Numbered from the stretch's first letter, positions 24,342 to 36,720 are shown. The stretch is DNA of 64,000 nucleotides from Amphiscolops sp. MND2022 (GCA_964187785.1 OZ076409.1:99636001-99700000); one strand, 5' to 3'. The notes: generated by a model not told the origin, from the sequence alone. A program made the numbers and translations.

Positions 24342-27300
24342 CTATAGAAAAATTTTGTTCAGAGTGTTTTCCGTCATGTCAGGCAGATCAGCCTCGAATG
24401 CGTTCAGTGTAGAAATAAGACGTTCGACGCCTACTGATATGCAACTCACAAAGGCGTAAATATCTATCTGCGAAGGGTCTGAAATACCTTTAACACAAAC
24501 CTGTGAGAAAAACAGTAACATGTTAAACAACCCGCCTAAAGATTCAAAAGAAGTTGAGCAGAAGATTTCAATTGAGGATAGCATTAAGTACAGTAAACAA
24601 TACATGCTTTGAGTCACATATTCCTTACTCTATAACACACAATGAAATCGAGTTTGTAGAGGTACAGGACGTTGGGTTTGTCATTAGATTCTCCTTCATT
24701 GTAAACTGGTTTGATATAAGGATCGATAACTATCTGAACACTTGAAGTGACCACGACATGCTACGAAGCTACATCGAATCATGAAAAATCCGAATTCACG
24801 ATGTTCAGTGAACCTCAATATTTTGATGAAAGCATCTTCACCTTCTTTGTTACTTGCGATCACGTCCCATCGTTTCCCAAGCACACTGTCCCATGACTGA
24901 TTAGACCCTTTGAAGTCATTGCTGATATCCCCAGAAAATTTCACTGTTTCTTTCGAGGACGTCGTTTCAAAACCACACATTTTACGGGTCAATGGCGTCG
25001 CTGGAATCAATGATTTTGTCATTGAATGTTTTTTTCTGGGCGAATCCAACCATCTTTTTGACTGCTGAAAACACCGCGAATGCTTGGTTAATAGGATGAA
25101 CTAGCATGTGGATATTGAATTCTTCTATTTCGTCTTCGATAACTTGAACTTCTAGTGCGGGCATGCGTACTTCAATATCGGGGTTTGTTTTTCCTATCAT
25201 TTTAACAAACGCTTTTCGTTTGCTGCAATCAAAGAACAGTTCTTTTACTTCAAACGCCGCGTTTGCATAGTTGGTGAGAGACCCAACTTTCAGTATGTTG
25301 TTATAGCATGGCGCATACTTCAACTCAACATTCTCGTCACTGTGTGGTATCAAAGATACTGCATCCACAAAAGGTATTGTTTTTGGGGGGCATCGCTTTT
25401 TTGGTACGGGAGGCCTGGAATCGATTATGGTCGGAGGTGATTCAGGTTCTTCGTTGGTGTCATCTGGAGCAGTCTCATCAGGCAAGCTTGCCCGTAATTG
25501 TCGATAAGAGACAAAAAATTGTTTTCCTTCGTCATCAACGACCAAGCACTGTCGCAGGAACGGATCGTTGATCATCACTGTCGCAGTAACAACTGACCCG
25601 CAGCAAGTAACCTCGCAATTTTCGAAGTCGCCGATACAGTCACAATCTTCGTCATTTGATTGCCAAAAGAAAACTTCGTCATTGCGCATTAACTTCCTTG
25701 GATTGAAAGGCAAGCTTCTACCCCGTTTCTTTCTCAGAGATTCATCCAGTTTTTGGGCTTTTCTAATATTCCAACGTCGCTGAAAAAATTTGAAAATTAC
25801 TTCTCGATTTTCAAATTTCTATCAACTTCAATCATGGGTTTCTTTGAAAAAAAATTATGTGGAGGATATCAACACGTGGATTGTCATTGAAATCTGGCAG
25901 ATTTTGCTAAACTGCCATTTTTCCATAAACATTCAACGAATGAGTTCGTTCTTGAATGGTCCTAAAACGATTGTGGAAAGTAAGACCATATCGTTATACA
26001 TGTGTCGTGGAAACCGCATACTAATCTTAAACTGTAAGAAAACAACTACCAAAGGGGGTAGTACGTCAATATTTAAATCTGACTGTAATGTCCTGGTTTC
26101 CACCATTTTGAGCATATTGTCTTGGATTCCACCAAAATAGCATTCACTGTTCGATGGCCACGAAAGCGACTGTGGAAAGTAGGACCATATCATTATACAT
26201 GTGTCGTGGAAACCATATACATATCTTAAACTGTACGAAAACAACTACCAAAGGGGGTAGTACGTCAATATATAATTCTGACTGTATTATTGTACGTCAA
26301 TAATGAAATTTTGATATACCGTATTAGTGTCATGGAAAATTTGCTCAAAATTCAATGACGTTTTAGAATATTCTGACGTTTGTTTATCTCTGGCTAAAAA
26401 TTGAAAACTGGCAGATTTTGATGAAGTGGTACATTTTTGATTGGTTAGCATTTTTAGAGGCCGGCTTTTAATCGCTCGAAAGATATTATGGACATGATTT
26501 GTCTCTCTGACTTCTAGTAGCAACCAATTTTGCCTGAAAAAGCAATTCAAAGGTGAAACTAATCACGAATAATTTTGGTCCCAATCGTGAGTAATTTTTT
26601 TACTCACGATTGGGACCAAAATATCACAAAATCTTTTTTCAATTTAGTATACTAAAAGGCCTCCTTTTTGTCCTCACGAAAGATATTGAGGACATGTTTT
26701 GTCTCTCTAACTTCTAATAGCAACGAATTTCGGCTAAAAAAGTAGTTCAAAGGGGAAATTAGTCATGATTAATTTTGGTCCCAATCGTGAGTAAGTTTCT
26801 TACTCACGATTGGGACACAAATATCACGAAATCTTTTAAATTGGAACCATGATTTAACTTTCATTTTTTGAATTTCCATGCTGGAAGTAGGACTTCTCAA
26901 TTTTTGATTTTAAATGCTAGCCCTATTTATAAGTAGTATGTCAAGGTTTAAATCTCAATTTTCGGTTTTGCCCTCGGGAAATTTATGATTTTCTTGTTTG
27001 GCATTTTCTACTGATTTGGCATTTTCGAATATCTGGCTTGTCGTCCAAGTTTGGCAAACTTTGTTAAACTTCCGGTTCTAGTTTGTTCACTCCGACGTAT
27101 GAGCTTAGCAAGGTATTCAATTTTAAAGTTCGATTTGTGTATTTTTTGTCCTCAAAACCTGTTTAGTATTTCATCGGAACTATGGCCTAAGAAATGAGAG
27201 AATTGTGGAAAATATTTCGAAAAAAAGTATTGAAATGTTATAGCAACGTCATCTTCCCTGTCGACTTCTGGCACTGTTATGTCAACTGCTTTTCTCGTAG

Positions 27301-27430
27301 ACCACTCCATCCATTTGATTCTGACACTCCAGTCACTCATGATTGCAGTGATTTTTGCAAGCTCCCAAATAAATGTTAGAGGGTCCAGGATATGGACAAC
27401 TTCGTTCGTTTCGAACTTTTGAAGAAGCAT
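24342..27430 (-). CDS. Spliced gene for a protein with Tudor/chromo-barrel-like domain(s); frameshift near 25000 (possible pseudogene)
   Basis: Exon from ATG 27430 encodes FETNEVVHILDPLTFIWELAKITAIMSDWSVRIKWMEWS (Tudor-like aromatic pattern). The intron holds R1/R2 blocks. A ttttttcag acceptor at ~25781 leads to RRWNIRK...CLVVDDEGKQFFVSYRQLR; further ORFs at 24696-25049 and 24342-24500. Confidence 0.5.
25893..26840 (-). repeat. Composite R1 block 10 + R2 array; left arm of a ~0.9-kb inverted repeat with 39420-40290
   Basis: Reverse complement of 39420-40290, e.g. gatataccgtattagtgtcatggaaaatttgctcaaaattcaatgacgttttagaatattctgac. Confidence 0.9.
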
Positions 27431-27992
27431 TACTGCGTTTAAAGGTTGAATAGTTTGAGACTGACTGGAATAGTCACCTTATCAATAGTTCAATTAACGT
27501 CCACTGGGGAAATAAAGAGAAATTCCATTTCCTGCGTCAATTTCAAAGCTGGGGCAAAATGACGCCGCTTATAATTGAAGCAGAGGTGATGCTTAATTAC
27601 TGTTGCTGCTCAGATCCAATGAACACCCACTGGCAAAGTAAAGTAGTGCCTGGCAATTGATGGCATATTCAATTGGGGCGTCAAGTCGACACCGCTTATG
27701 ATGAGGCGGCAAGTTGAAACCGCTTAGGATTGAAGTAGGGACGATGCTTACTGTTTATCCTAAGGTTCAATTAATACTCACCTTTGAAATTAATTAGGAG
27801 ATCTTTGGGGCATTTCAACGCCGCCTATAATTAAAAAAGATGACGCTCGATTTTGGTTGATAGCGATTGTTTGATAAAGATTTGCTCAGTTTCTTTCAAA
27901 CCATTTTCACAATCAGTAGCTTCCAGTCTTCTCGAATATACATCACAGTTCCTTCCAAGTTTTTGAATCGCTTGGTTGCAACTGAATAACTA
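27431..27992. promoter_or_regulatory. Putative bidirectional promoter between the Tudor-like and SET genes
   Basis: Divergent ATGs at 27430 and 27993. Four copies of a ccgc(t/c)ta motif (acgccgcttataattgaag, acaccgcttatgatgag, aaccgcttaggattgaag, acgccgcctataattaaa). Confidence 0.45.
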
Positions 27993-30900
27993 ATGGATAA
28001 TTCAAATCCCCAAAATCAAACTCCTGCTCAAGATCTACCATTGTCCTACTCATCTGTTTTAAGCCAGTTCTCGACTCCATTGACAAACTTGACCCCATGG
28101 TTGCTCGAATCCTCAACTCCTTTGCTCAGCGGAAGTTCTGAAGCTTCTTTGACAAATTCGACACCCTCATTCGATGCAACAGTCTACCCGCAGAGCTCGC
28201 AGACATTTTTCACGCAGATCTCGCAGAGCTCGCAGAGCTCGATTGCTTACAATGCAGATGGGATTATGCAAGAAGAGCATCACGAGCCAAATCAGCCGGT
28301 CGAAGATCACGCGGTAACTCCTTCTCCTAATCTTGACATTTCCAATGCCGTGGGTTTAACCAGCGCCACAGTTCCGACCTCGAGTCAGAAACAACCTGTT
28401 GACTCGTTTGAAGAAAGAGTCTACAATGTAGTCAAAACAACTCCCCCTGCAAAAAAAGCAAACCCGACTTGAAGACGGATGAAGCCAAAGAATGGCTGAA
28501 ATCCTTTATAGTTGCCACAACGAGCCGTTACAAAAAGAATGTTAGCGCCCCGAAGAAGACCCAGATAAACTTTTTCAGAAGTCTGGTGGCCTACCTGTTT
28601 TTGTTTGTTGGCGTTGCTGGCCTGTTGGACAAAGAAATCAGCAATATCACTGTCCACGAGTTGGCTCAAGCCGTGGTGCATATGAGAGACTACCCGGATG
28701 ATGAAGACATACCACTTTCCATCGAGCCAAATGAAAGTAAGTATTTATGCATAACCTAAACCCTTAACCTCTTAAACTTTTATTGACTTTTTCAAACATA
28801 TGATGAAAATCAAAGTAGCTATCAATTTTGAATGATCCAAACAACAATTGGATATATTGTCCTGGTTTCCACCACCGTTTTGAGCATAATGTCCTGGATT
28901 CCACCAAAATAGCATTCACTGTTCGATGGCGCATTGGTAAAAAAATAGCCTGCTCCGAATGTTTTTCCAAGTTGGATTTCGGCACCTTCACTCTAAATTT
29001 ATTGGGTTTCGGCGTTTTTGGCAATTCTCGGCTGTGCCGAAAATTAACATTCCTAGTTGATAATAATTACTTTGCCCTTTCATTTACAAAGAAGGGAATA
29101 TGGCAGAGCGTGAGGAAGTTGTAAGTGGCGATATCTAGATTGTTGGTAAACAACCAATAATTGCCATTCTGAAGGAAAATGGCAAAATAGATGAAAGGGT
29201 CAGTTGACCTTACTTTGCCATAATACACAGTTCGCACTATTCTTTTCTCTACAACAGAAATATTAGAAACATTGCTCAATGTTCGAATTGCGTTTTAAAA
29301 TATCTTAAACTGTAAGAAAACAACAATTTTGAGCATATTGTCTTGGATTCCACCAAAATAGCATTCACTGTTCGATGGCCACGAAAGCGACTGTGGAAAG
29401 TAAGACCATATCATTATACATGTGTCGTGGAAACCATATACATATCTTAAACTGTAGGAAAACAACTACCAAAGGGGGTAGAACGTCAAAATTTAAAACC
29501 TTATAAACCGTCCTATTGTCATGGAAATATTGTTCAGTGTTGAATGGCGTTGTGAAATAACTTTGTTTGTTTTTTCAATAAATTTTGTTTAGGTGTCAGA
29601 TTTCCGATTGATTAGAGTTCTTAAAGGCGAAAATATTTTGGGCCTGTTTTGTCTTTCTGACAAATGAAATTTTAAAAAAAACTGAAAACTCGAAACTAAT
29701 TTACATGTTCAATAAATGTCTTTTTTGCAGATTCTGTTTCTCGAATACATTACAAGACACCACGCTGGTTAATCGAAGGTTTGGTTGAGTATGCCAGCCA
29801 CACGAGACCTGATTTTCTCAACAAAACCCAAGGTGTGAAATTCCAACGATGTGTCTCCAAAAGTGATGACCGACCAGTCGTGACAGAGCTCCTGTTCGTC
29901 AATTCTGTTGGGAAGTCTTGTTTTAGACCAAGCCATGTTGTCGACCAGTATTTGATCCCTGTACGTTTGTTTTTTTTTGACATTTAAATTTTTATATATT
30001 TCGGAGTTTTCAAAACAACTTCGATTGAAAAACCTACATCTACTAAACCATTGTAGTTCTAGTGTAACAGATCATATATTTAATCGAAAGCATGTATTTC
30101 AGATACTTCAACAATGTGAAAAACCAGCCAATCAGCTGAAATTCAAATTGGAACTCATCTATCCAATTGTTGACGACCCTGAAGCACGATTGCCAAAATT
30201 GAAAAATCAAATCAGGGAAGTGCAAGGAAAATTTGGCAATGAATTTGACCAGGATACCATCAAAACATGCGTGAGAAAACATCAAGATGCTCAACGATAC
30301 GCACGACAGTCAGCTCGAGCCACAACGTTCTTCAAATACAAGAACGGGAAATGTGACTTGAACATCTTGGAGAAAAGAATCGAAGGATTTTTCCAGAGGC
30401 AGAAATGGACAACCCCAGAAGACGTCAAACAGGATATTAGAAAAGTGTTTCTGTTGGTTTTACCTATGCTACAAAATCCAGATTCGAGACGAATGGGCAG
30501 TGATGGTTCTGTCAAAATAATGTATAAAGGGATGGCACATAACATGGATTTCGAGTGTCAGACCTTACTATTCGAACGATGTGACACGCAGAGCTGGCCA
30601 GGCGTTTGTCCAGCCAATTTCAAATCTTATGGACGCGGAGTGGTCAGCACACAGAAGTTTTTTAAAAACGAGATTGTGCTTGACTACCACGGTCAAATAC
30701 TTGAGAAAATGACATTGATACAAGCTCTGGCGATGGAAGGCGTACAGTCTGAATATCTGATGGAGGTACGTAATCTAAAGTTTATTTGTTAGATACATAC
30801 CAAGTGAGTGAAGACACATAAAAAATCTAAAAAGTCTAAAAAGTATGAGTATTTGTTCTTTTATCAATTTTGGACCTAGAGAGCTAAAAGTGAAGAAGAA

Positions 30901-31719
30901 AAAAATTATTAGTTCACTAGGACCTAGCTAAATGAAAGTACACGAAACTTTTTTGCTTTTCAAAACAGGATTTTTTAGTATGCTGTTGTGTTGTAGGTCT
31001 TACTGCGATGAAAGGAAGCGAAGTTGAGTAATTGTAAATTCAGGCAATGTACGTGCGAATGTCACTATTCAGTAGAATGGCAAATCAGTTAAAAATGGCA
31101 TTACTATTGGTTAGGGACTAACCAAAAGTACTGCCATTTTTATCTGATTTGCTATTTTAGTGAATAGTGACATTTACACAAACATTGCCTGAATTTACAA
31201 TTACTCAACTTCGCTTCCTTTCATCGCAGTAAGACCTACAACACAAAAGTCATCGTTGCAACAAGATCTATCTAGATCATCTAGCACACCATCAAGAACA
31301 TCTGGAACTTGTAAAGCCTTGTGATCAGATACGACTCCAAATTGTGTACCACATACATAATTTTCAATATGCTCACACGACAGCTAGTAACTAATTCATT
31401 TTTGGATCATTTCATTCCAAAATCTGTTGAAAATTGTGGGCTTTTGTAAGGTATTCTTGAAACTTCTTTGTTCCAGGTGAAAGGTCCCGGACGGAGACTG
31501 ATCAACGCTTCCTCCGAGATATGTGAAAGTCACCCAAATATTCTATGTTTGGGACGCCTCATTAACCACTGTTCCAAAGATGCAAACATAAAGCAAACTG
31601 ACATTTTGCTTTATGACCAGTCCCGAGTTTGCTGCTTCAGGGCTATCAGAGATATAAGCCCTTTCGAAGAATTGAAATTCGATTACGAGGACCCAACAGC
31701 GCGGTCCCTTTTTTCGTGA
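27993..31719 (+). CDS. SET8/PR-Set7 (KMT5A)-like lysine methyltransferase with an N-terminal degenerate tyrosine-recombinase-like region; exons 27993-28736 (1-nt frameshift at ~28451-28457), 29731-29960, 30103-30765, 31477-31719
   Basis: Phase-compatible GT-AG introns. SET motifs GRGVVSTQKFFKNEIVLDYHG, LGRLINHCSKDAN and FRAIRDISPFEELKFDY. Upstream LVAYLFLFVG...ISNITVHE, EY..HTRP and LLFVNSVGK resemble integrase-fold segments without the catalytic Arg. Confidence 0.82.
28857..29530 (-). repeat. Partial R1 copies (28857-28930, 29299-29530) in SET gene intron 1, flanking ~370 bp of unique sequence
   Basis: Direct match to the R1 reverse complement. Confidence 0.88.
30986..31245. mobile_element. 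Fold-back (fully palindromic) MITE-like element in SET intron 3
   Basis: tgttgtaggtcttactgcgatgaaaggaagcgaagttgagtaattgtaaattcaggcaatgt... pairs with ...acattgcctgaatttacaattactcaacttcgcttcctttcatcgcagtaagacctacaaca around a ttggttagggactaaccaa centre. Confidence 0.85.
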
Positions 31720-31900
31720 AAAGCGACTTGCTGACAAATATCTTCATGTGCTTTTTCAAGAGTCTGTTTATTCTGAACACTTTTTTTTGGTTTTTTAAAA
31801 ATACTCGTTTTGTTCACTTTTCGAATAATTATCCGATATATATGAACCAGATTTTCAACCAGATGGTCAGATTAAGTTCAGTCAATTATCCATACCACCT

Positions 31901-32310
31901 TTGTCCTGGATTCCACCAAAATAGCATTCACTGTTCGATGGCCACGAAAGCGACTGTGGAAAGTAGGACCATATCTTTATAAATGTGTCGTGGAAACCGC
32001 TTACATATCTTAAACTGTAAGAAAACAACTACCAAAGGGGGTAGTACGTCAATATTTAAATCTGACTGTATTGTCCTGGTTTCCACCAATTTGAGCATAT
32101 TGTCCTGGATTCCACCAAAATAGCATTCACTGTTCGATGGCCACGAAAGCGACTGTGGAAAGTAGGACCATATCTTTATAAATGTGTCGTGGAAACCATA
32201 TACATATCTTAAACTGTGAGAAAACAACTACCAAAGGGGGTAGTACAGCAATATTTAAAATCTAATATACCCTATTATTGTCATGGAAATATTGCTCAAT
32301 TTTGAATGAC
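31901..32310 (-). repeat. R1 repeat block 12, upstream of the transposase gene
   Basis: About 1.8 inverted R1 units plus the ttgtcatggaaatattgctcaa flank. Confidence 0.93.
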
Positions 32311-32629
32311 GTTTTAGAAAAATCTGGCATTTAAAAAATCTGGCTTGCCAGCAAAATCTGGCAAATTTTTTTAAACTGCAGTTTTTTGACTACTTTACTT
32401 TAACGAATGAGCTTCGTGTTACGTCCATAATCATTTCAGTTTGTATTGGCTTGGTTTTAAAATTTATTAGTCACGAAAATAGGGTTTCCACGTCACGTAA
32501 AGAGAAAGTTGTTCAAGAGCTTCTTTTCATTATGGTATTGAAAGTCCCTGTTGTTGTGAACGTGTCGGTTCATCTTAACTCCCAATCTCAACTTCTGAAT
32601 CAAAGTGTCATTTCGCAAATATATTTCAG

Positions 32630-35600
32630 ATAGTCACTGTGACCTTCATACATCTTCATCACTAGTTGAGTTGAACACAACGTTGTTGAAATCTCATATC
32701 AACGCTCTTTTAATGGACCCCTTAGCACTTTGGAATGCCCATTCTGTACAAATCGATGAAAATTTGCTGTTTATCGACAGCAAAATGTTCGAAGTCATGG
32801 CCGAGAAACGATTCACGAACAAATACAGAAAATTCGAAAAGATCATTGACGATGCATTCGCCGGGTGTGGGTTAAATAACAAAGACTTACTCCGGAGAAT
32901 TCCCATGAAAGGACAAAGCAAACCGACTGTGTGTATAGCAGTAAGTAACTTTTTTTCTAATTACCATTTTTGCAAGTGTCTATCTTTTTCGTAAAAGTCG
33001 TACTTCGCTGGCGTTTTGGATGCTTTTGGAGATTTGTGAATGTTCATTTAAATTGATATAATTGTGCAAACCGCGCGTTTTCTCTTGTCCACCACCAATT
33101 GGCTACACGCCACGTTCTTGCAATTTAGTGGTCGCTCGCATTCGAAATCAATGCATTCATTTTGGAAAAAACTACGAACCACGATATGAAAATAAGTTCG
33201 GAAATTCATTTTGAAATTTTTTTCTCTTCATCTTTGTTTTTTGCCCTCATCCCCAAAAACTAAAAATACCTTTACTAAATACATAACTGAAACATTTACA
33301 TATCCACCACAAAAACCGTTTTCGAAAAAATATTCTTTTCAGGGAAAAATTGCGATGTTTTTAATCTTCCGAGGGTTCAAGGATTTCCAATGGACCGACG
33401 CAAGGAAGAGATTTGTGGAATGCTTCGTCCCTCGATATTTGATTCCTTACGAAGATACTTTCAATTTTCCTCTTCTTGTAACACCAACCTTGAATCCCCT
33501 TGCAATACGTACCTCGGATCTGTTTTCACCACCAACAATGGTGCTTGAAACAATGAATTCGCTTGCAACACCAAGAATGGACCTTGAAACAATGAATTCG
33601 CTTGCAACACCAAGAATGGACCTTGAAACAATGAATTCGCTTGCAACACCAAGAATGAACCTTGAAACCATGGATTCGCATGCACCACCAACAATGGACC
33701 TTGAAACCATGGATTCGCATGCACCACCAACAATGGACCCTGGAACCATGGATTCGCATGCACCACCAACAATGGACCCTGGAACCATGGATTCGCGTGC
33801 ACCACCAACAATGGACCCTGGAACCATGGATTCGCATGCACCACCAACAATGGACCCTGGAACCATGGATTCGCATGCACCACCAGCAATGGACCCTGGA
33901 ACCATGGATTCGCATGCACCACCAACAATGGACCCTGGAACCATGGATTCGCATGCACCACCAACAATGGACCCTGGAACCATGGATTCGCATGCACCAC
34001 CAACAATGGACCTTGAAACAATGGATTCGCATGCACCACCAACAATGTACCTTGATGCAGCGACAAGCCCATACCCCCAAAAGAGGAGAACAAAAAAATT
34101 GAACAAAGAAGCAGCTACTTGTTTCTGGAAAAAGGTCATCGATGAGGCCAACGATAATAAAGAAATTGGGTTCACTGAGTTTGTAGAACAAGTGAAAGAC
34201 AACATTGTTAAACGGAAATACCAGGGATTCACAAAGAAGGAAGACGTGAATGTGGTGAAAATTCTAATCGACCGACTTTTTGAGAATCGAGGATCGACCA
34301 AGGAATTCAGTGACATTTTATCACTTACTGCTCAAACTGGAAATACAGAGGCAGTCATAAAACTTATCAGATCGAAACTTTCGGTAGTTGGCTTGGGATA
34401 CAACGTAGTACCTTGTATACGCTTGATCAAGAAATCAACAGCTCAAATCCAGACCTATTTTGTTTCACTATGCCATCCCGAAAGAACGTTCTCCGGTTTC
34501 CGATGCGATCTGATAAAATGTGTTGAGCTGGCCGCATACTTGCTCGGAATGTATGATTTATGTGGTTTGAGAATTGATATCTGGGGCGACGGTTGTGAAA
34601 TTGGAGGCCTGGAAACAACCCGTTTTGCCTTTCGAGTGTTATCGGAAAAAATTAGTTGCCAGTCATCAAGTTCAGTGTTCTGTTTTGCATCGTATCGAGG
34701 AAAAGACAGCCGATTCGCGATGGAACAGAACCTTGGACCAACTAAAGCTGGTGATCAAAGTTCGGGTTGGCTCTACCAGAAAACGTCGGAGTTGTCAGAT
34801 CGTGGTGTTAAACTAACCTACAGTGGAGATACACCATTTTTGCTACGCTTGATACTTGGAATTTCCTGTGAAACGAATTTCGAATCAAAAATGCCACTTC
34901 ATGTTCCTGATAATTGCTTTTTGCCAACAAATTGCCATCCTGAAACAGGTCTGAGAACCGATCTTAAGATACCTTTCCGAGAGGAACTGCCAAAAACATC
35001 CCTTGTTTATTTCCAAGACGTGCGATGTATATGCCCTGACCCGACGCACATGATCACCAGATGTGTTGAAAACGACTTGAGGAGAGTGGCGCAGAAAATA
35101 ATCACTGACAAGTATCCCGATTATGGCCCCTCACTCAAAGCCTTTGAAGAAAATCTTACACGACGTGATGCAAAAAGGCCATATTTCCAGTTCAATGTGA
35201 ACACAAAACTAGGTTCTGGTGTTGGTACTGTGAACAGTGTGTCATTAGCCGGAAGTAATGCCCTATCTATTATAGCAGAAAAAGAAGAATTGGCTGGCGC
35301 AAATGATTGTTCAATAGGGAATCTTTTTGAAGATGTTTGGGATCCCACAAACGATGTTGTTATTGGGAGTGAATCAGCTGCTAGTGCTCAAATACGAAAA
35401 CAATTTCTCCCAGAACTTTTCGATAAGCCTCACCCTAGTGACAAGACATCCGCCAATCCATACATCTCGAAGACAGATGCATGTGAATTGCTGCGCTCCA
35501 GCCTGAACCGCTGTGCAATTCTCTTGAGATCTGAGCAGTTTGACGCCCAATGCTACAAGAAATGGGCTGAAATATATTATCAGACAAGCATTTTGTTATT

Positions 35601-36720
35601 TGGTGAATGCTCATTGACACCATATAAGTTGAAGCTCGCAATGATGCCGCAGATTGTAGAAGGAGGGTTTGTGGAAAGACCTTTTGACCACATGTGCGAA
35701 GGGCTTGAAAAATCCAATCATCACGCAAATCGCTATTTCCAGACAAAAACCATGCGTGGTGGCGTTAATATTTACCATAAAGATCCTCTTTTCCTGGAAT
35801 TGTCATCTTCATTTGGAAAATTCCTCCGTGCATCGATTGAATTGGAAACAATGAAGCATGATGGCTTGGAAATATCTGAAATACTTAAGAATCTTGTTGA
35901 TGATTTGGAAGCAAAATACCCCGGACCAACATACCTCGAAATTTGCAAGACCCCAATTTCCTCGACTTCTCTTGCAATCGGGAAATCGCATCCCGATTCC
36001 CAACTTTTAAGTGGTATGAGGTTCACTTCAATTGGAAGATTAGGGGTAGTCGATGGGATTTCGTTAACGAAGGATGTTCTGATTAAACTTATCAACGAAA
36101 TGGGGGGCATATTCATTGAACACGATCAAGCAGACGCCCTCATGAAGACACATTCACGACTGCCTAATTGCTTCGTTCTGGTCAAAGACGAAGAAGACCT
36201 AGTAATCGCCACAGGATCTGTGCAAGAAATTGAAGAACTGAAAAAGAAGATGCCGCCGGCGAAAAAACTAAGACTTTCCACGTCCCAGTCTTCAGATTCG
36301 GACAGTCAATACCCATCATCGCAACTCACAGCAAAACAGAAAAAAGAAACTGCTCAATACTCACAAATTGCTCAGAAATTTGCCCAAGGAGGTCTAACTT
36401 TTTTGAAGAAGAATTTTATCATGGATGTCAAAAAAGTAGTTACGTTGTTAGACCCCAAAGATTACACCATCGCCCCCGGAAGTAATTTTCGTCGAGCCAG
36501 AGTAAATGATATGAGACCACTCTTCCTTGATCAAATATCAGGGAAAAAATCAAACGAGAATATATCGGCTGTGGCTTATCTCAAACGATACAGAAATGGA
36601 CAAACGAGATTACCAAAACTCTTTTTCGAGAATGATGATGACACTTTTGCCGGAGAAATTGACAACATTGATGATGACGACGACGACTTAGATGAAGAAT
36701 GTTCTCAGATCACTTTGTAG
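32630..36720 (+). CDS. RAG1/Transib-like DDE transposase/recombinase with C-terminal BRCT-like domain; exons 32630-32940 and 33343-36720 (start exon not located)
   Basis: Motif order matches the RAG1 core: RIDIWGDGCEIG (cf. ESCDGMG, D600), YSGDTPFL (cf. GYDEKL, D708), CPDPTHMITR (cf. DALHCD), LTPYKLKLAMMPQIV (cf. ITNYFHKTLAHVPEII) and EGLEKSNH (cf. EGNESGNK, E962). Then LSGMRFTSIGRL...KDVLIKLINEMGG (BRCT-like) and an acidic tail. The long ORF is intact. Confidence 0.72.
33538..34044 (+). repeat. 39-bp coding minisatellite, 13 units (MDPGTMDSHAPPT / MDLETMNSLATPR)
   Basis: Directly visible in the DNA and in the 1169-aa ORF. Confidence 0.97.

Noticed and set aside
33447..34316. Antisense and alternate-frame repetitive ORFs (289, 210, 221, 146 aa)
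   Set aside because: By-products of a stop-poor 39-bp minisatellite within the transposase ORF.
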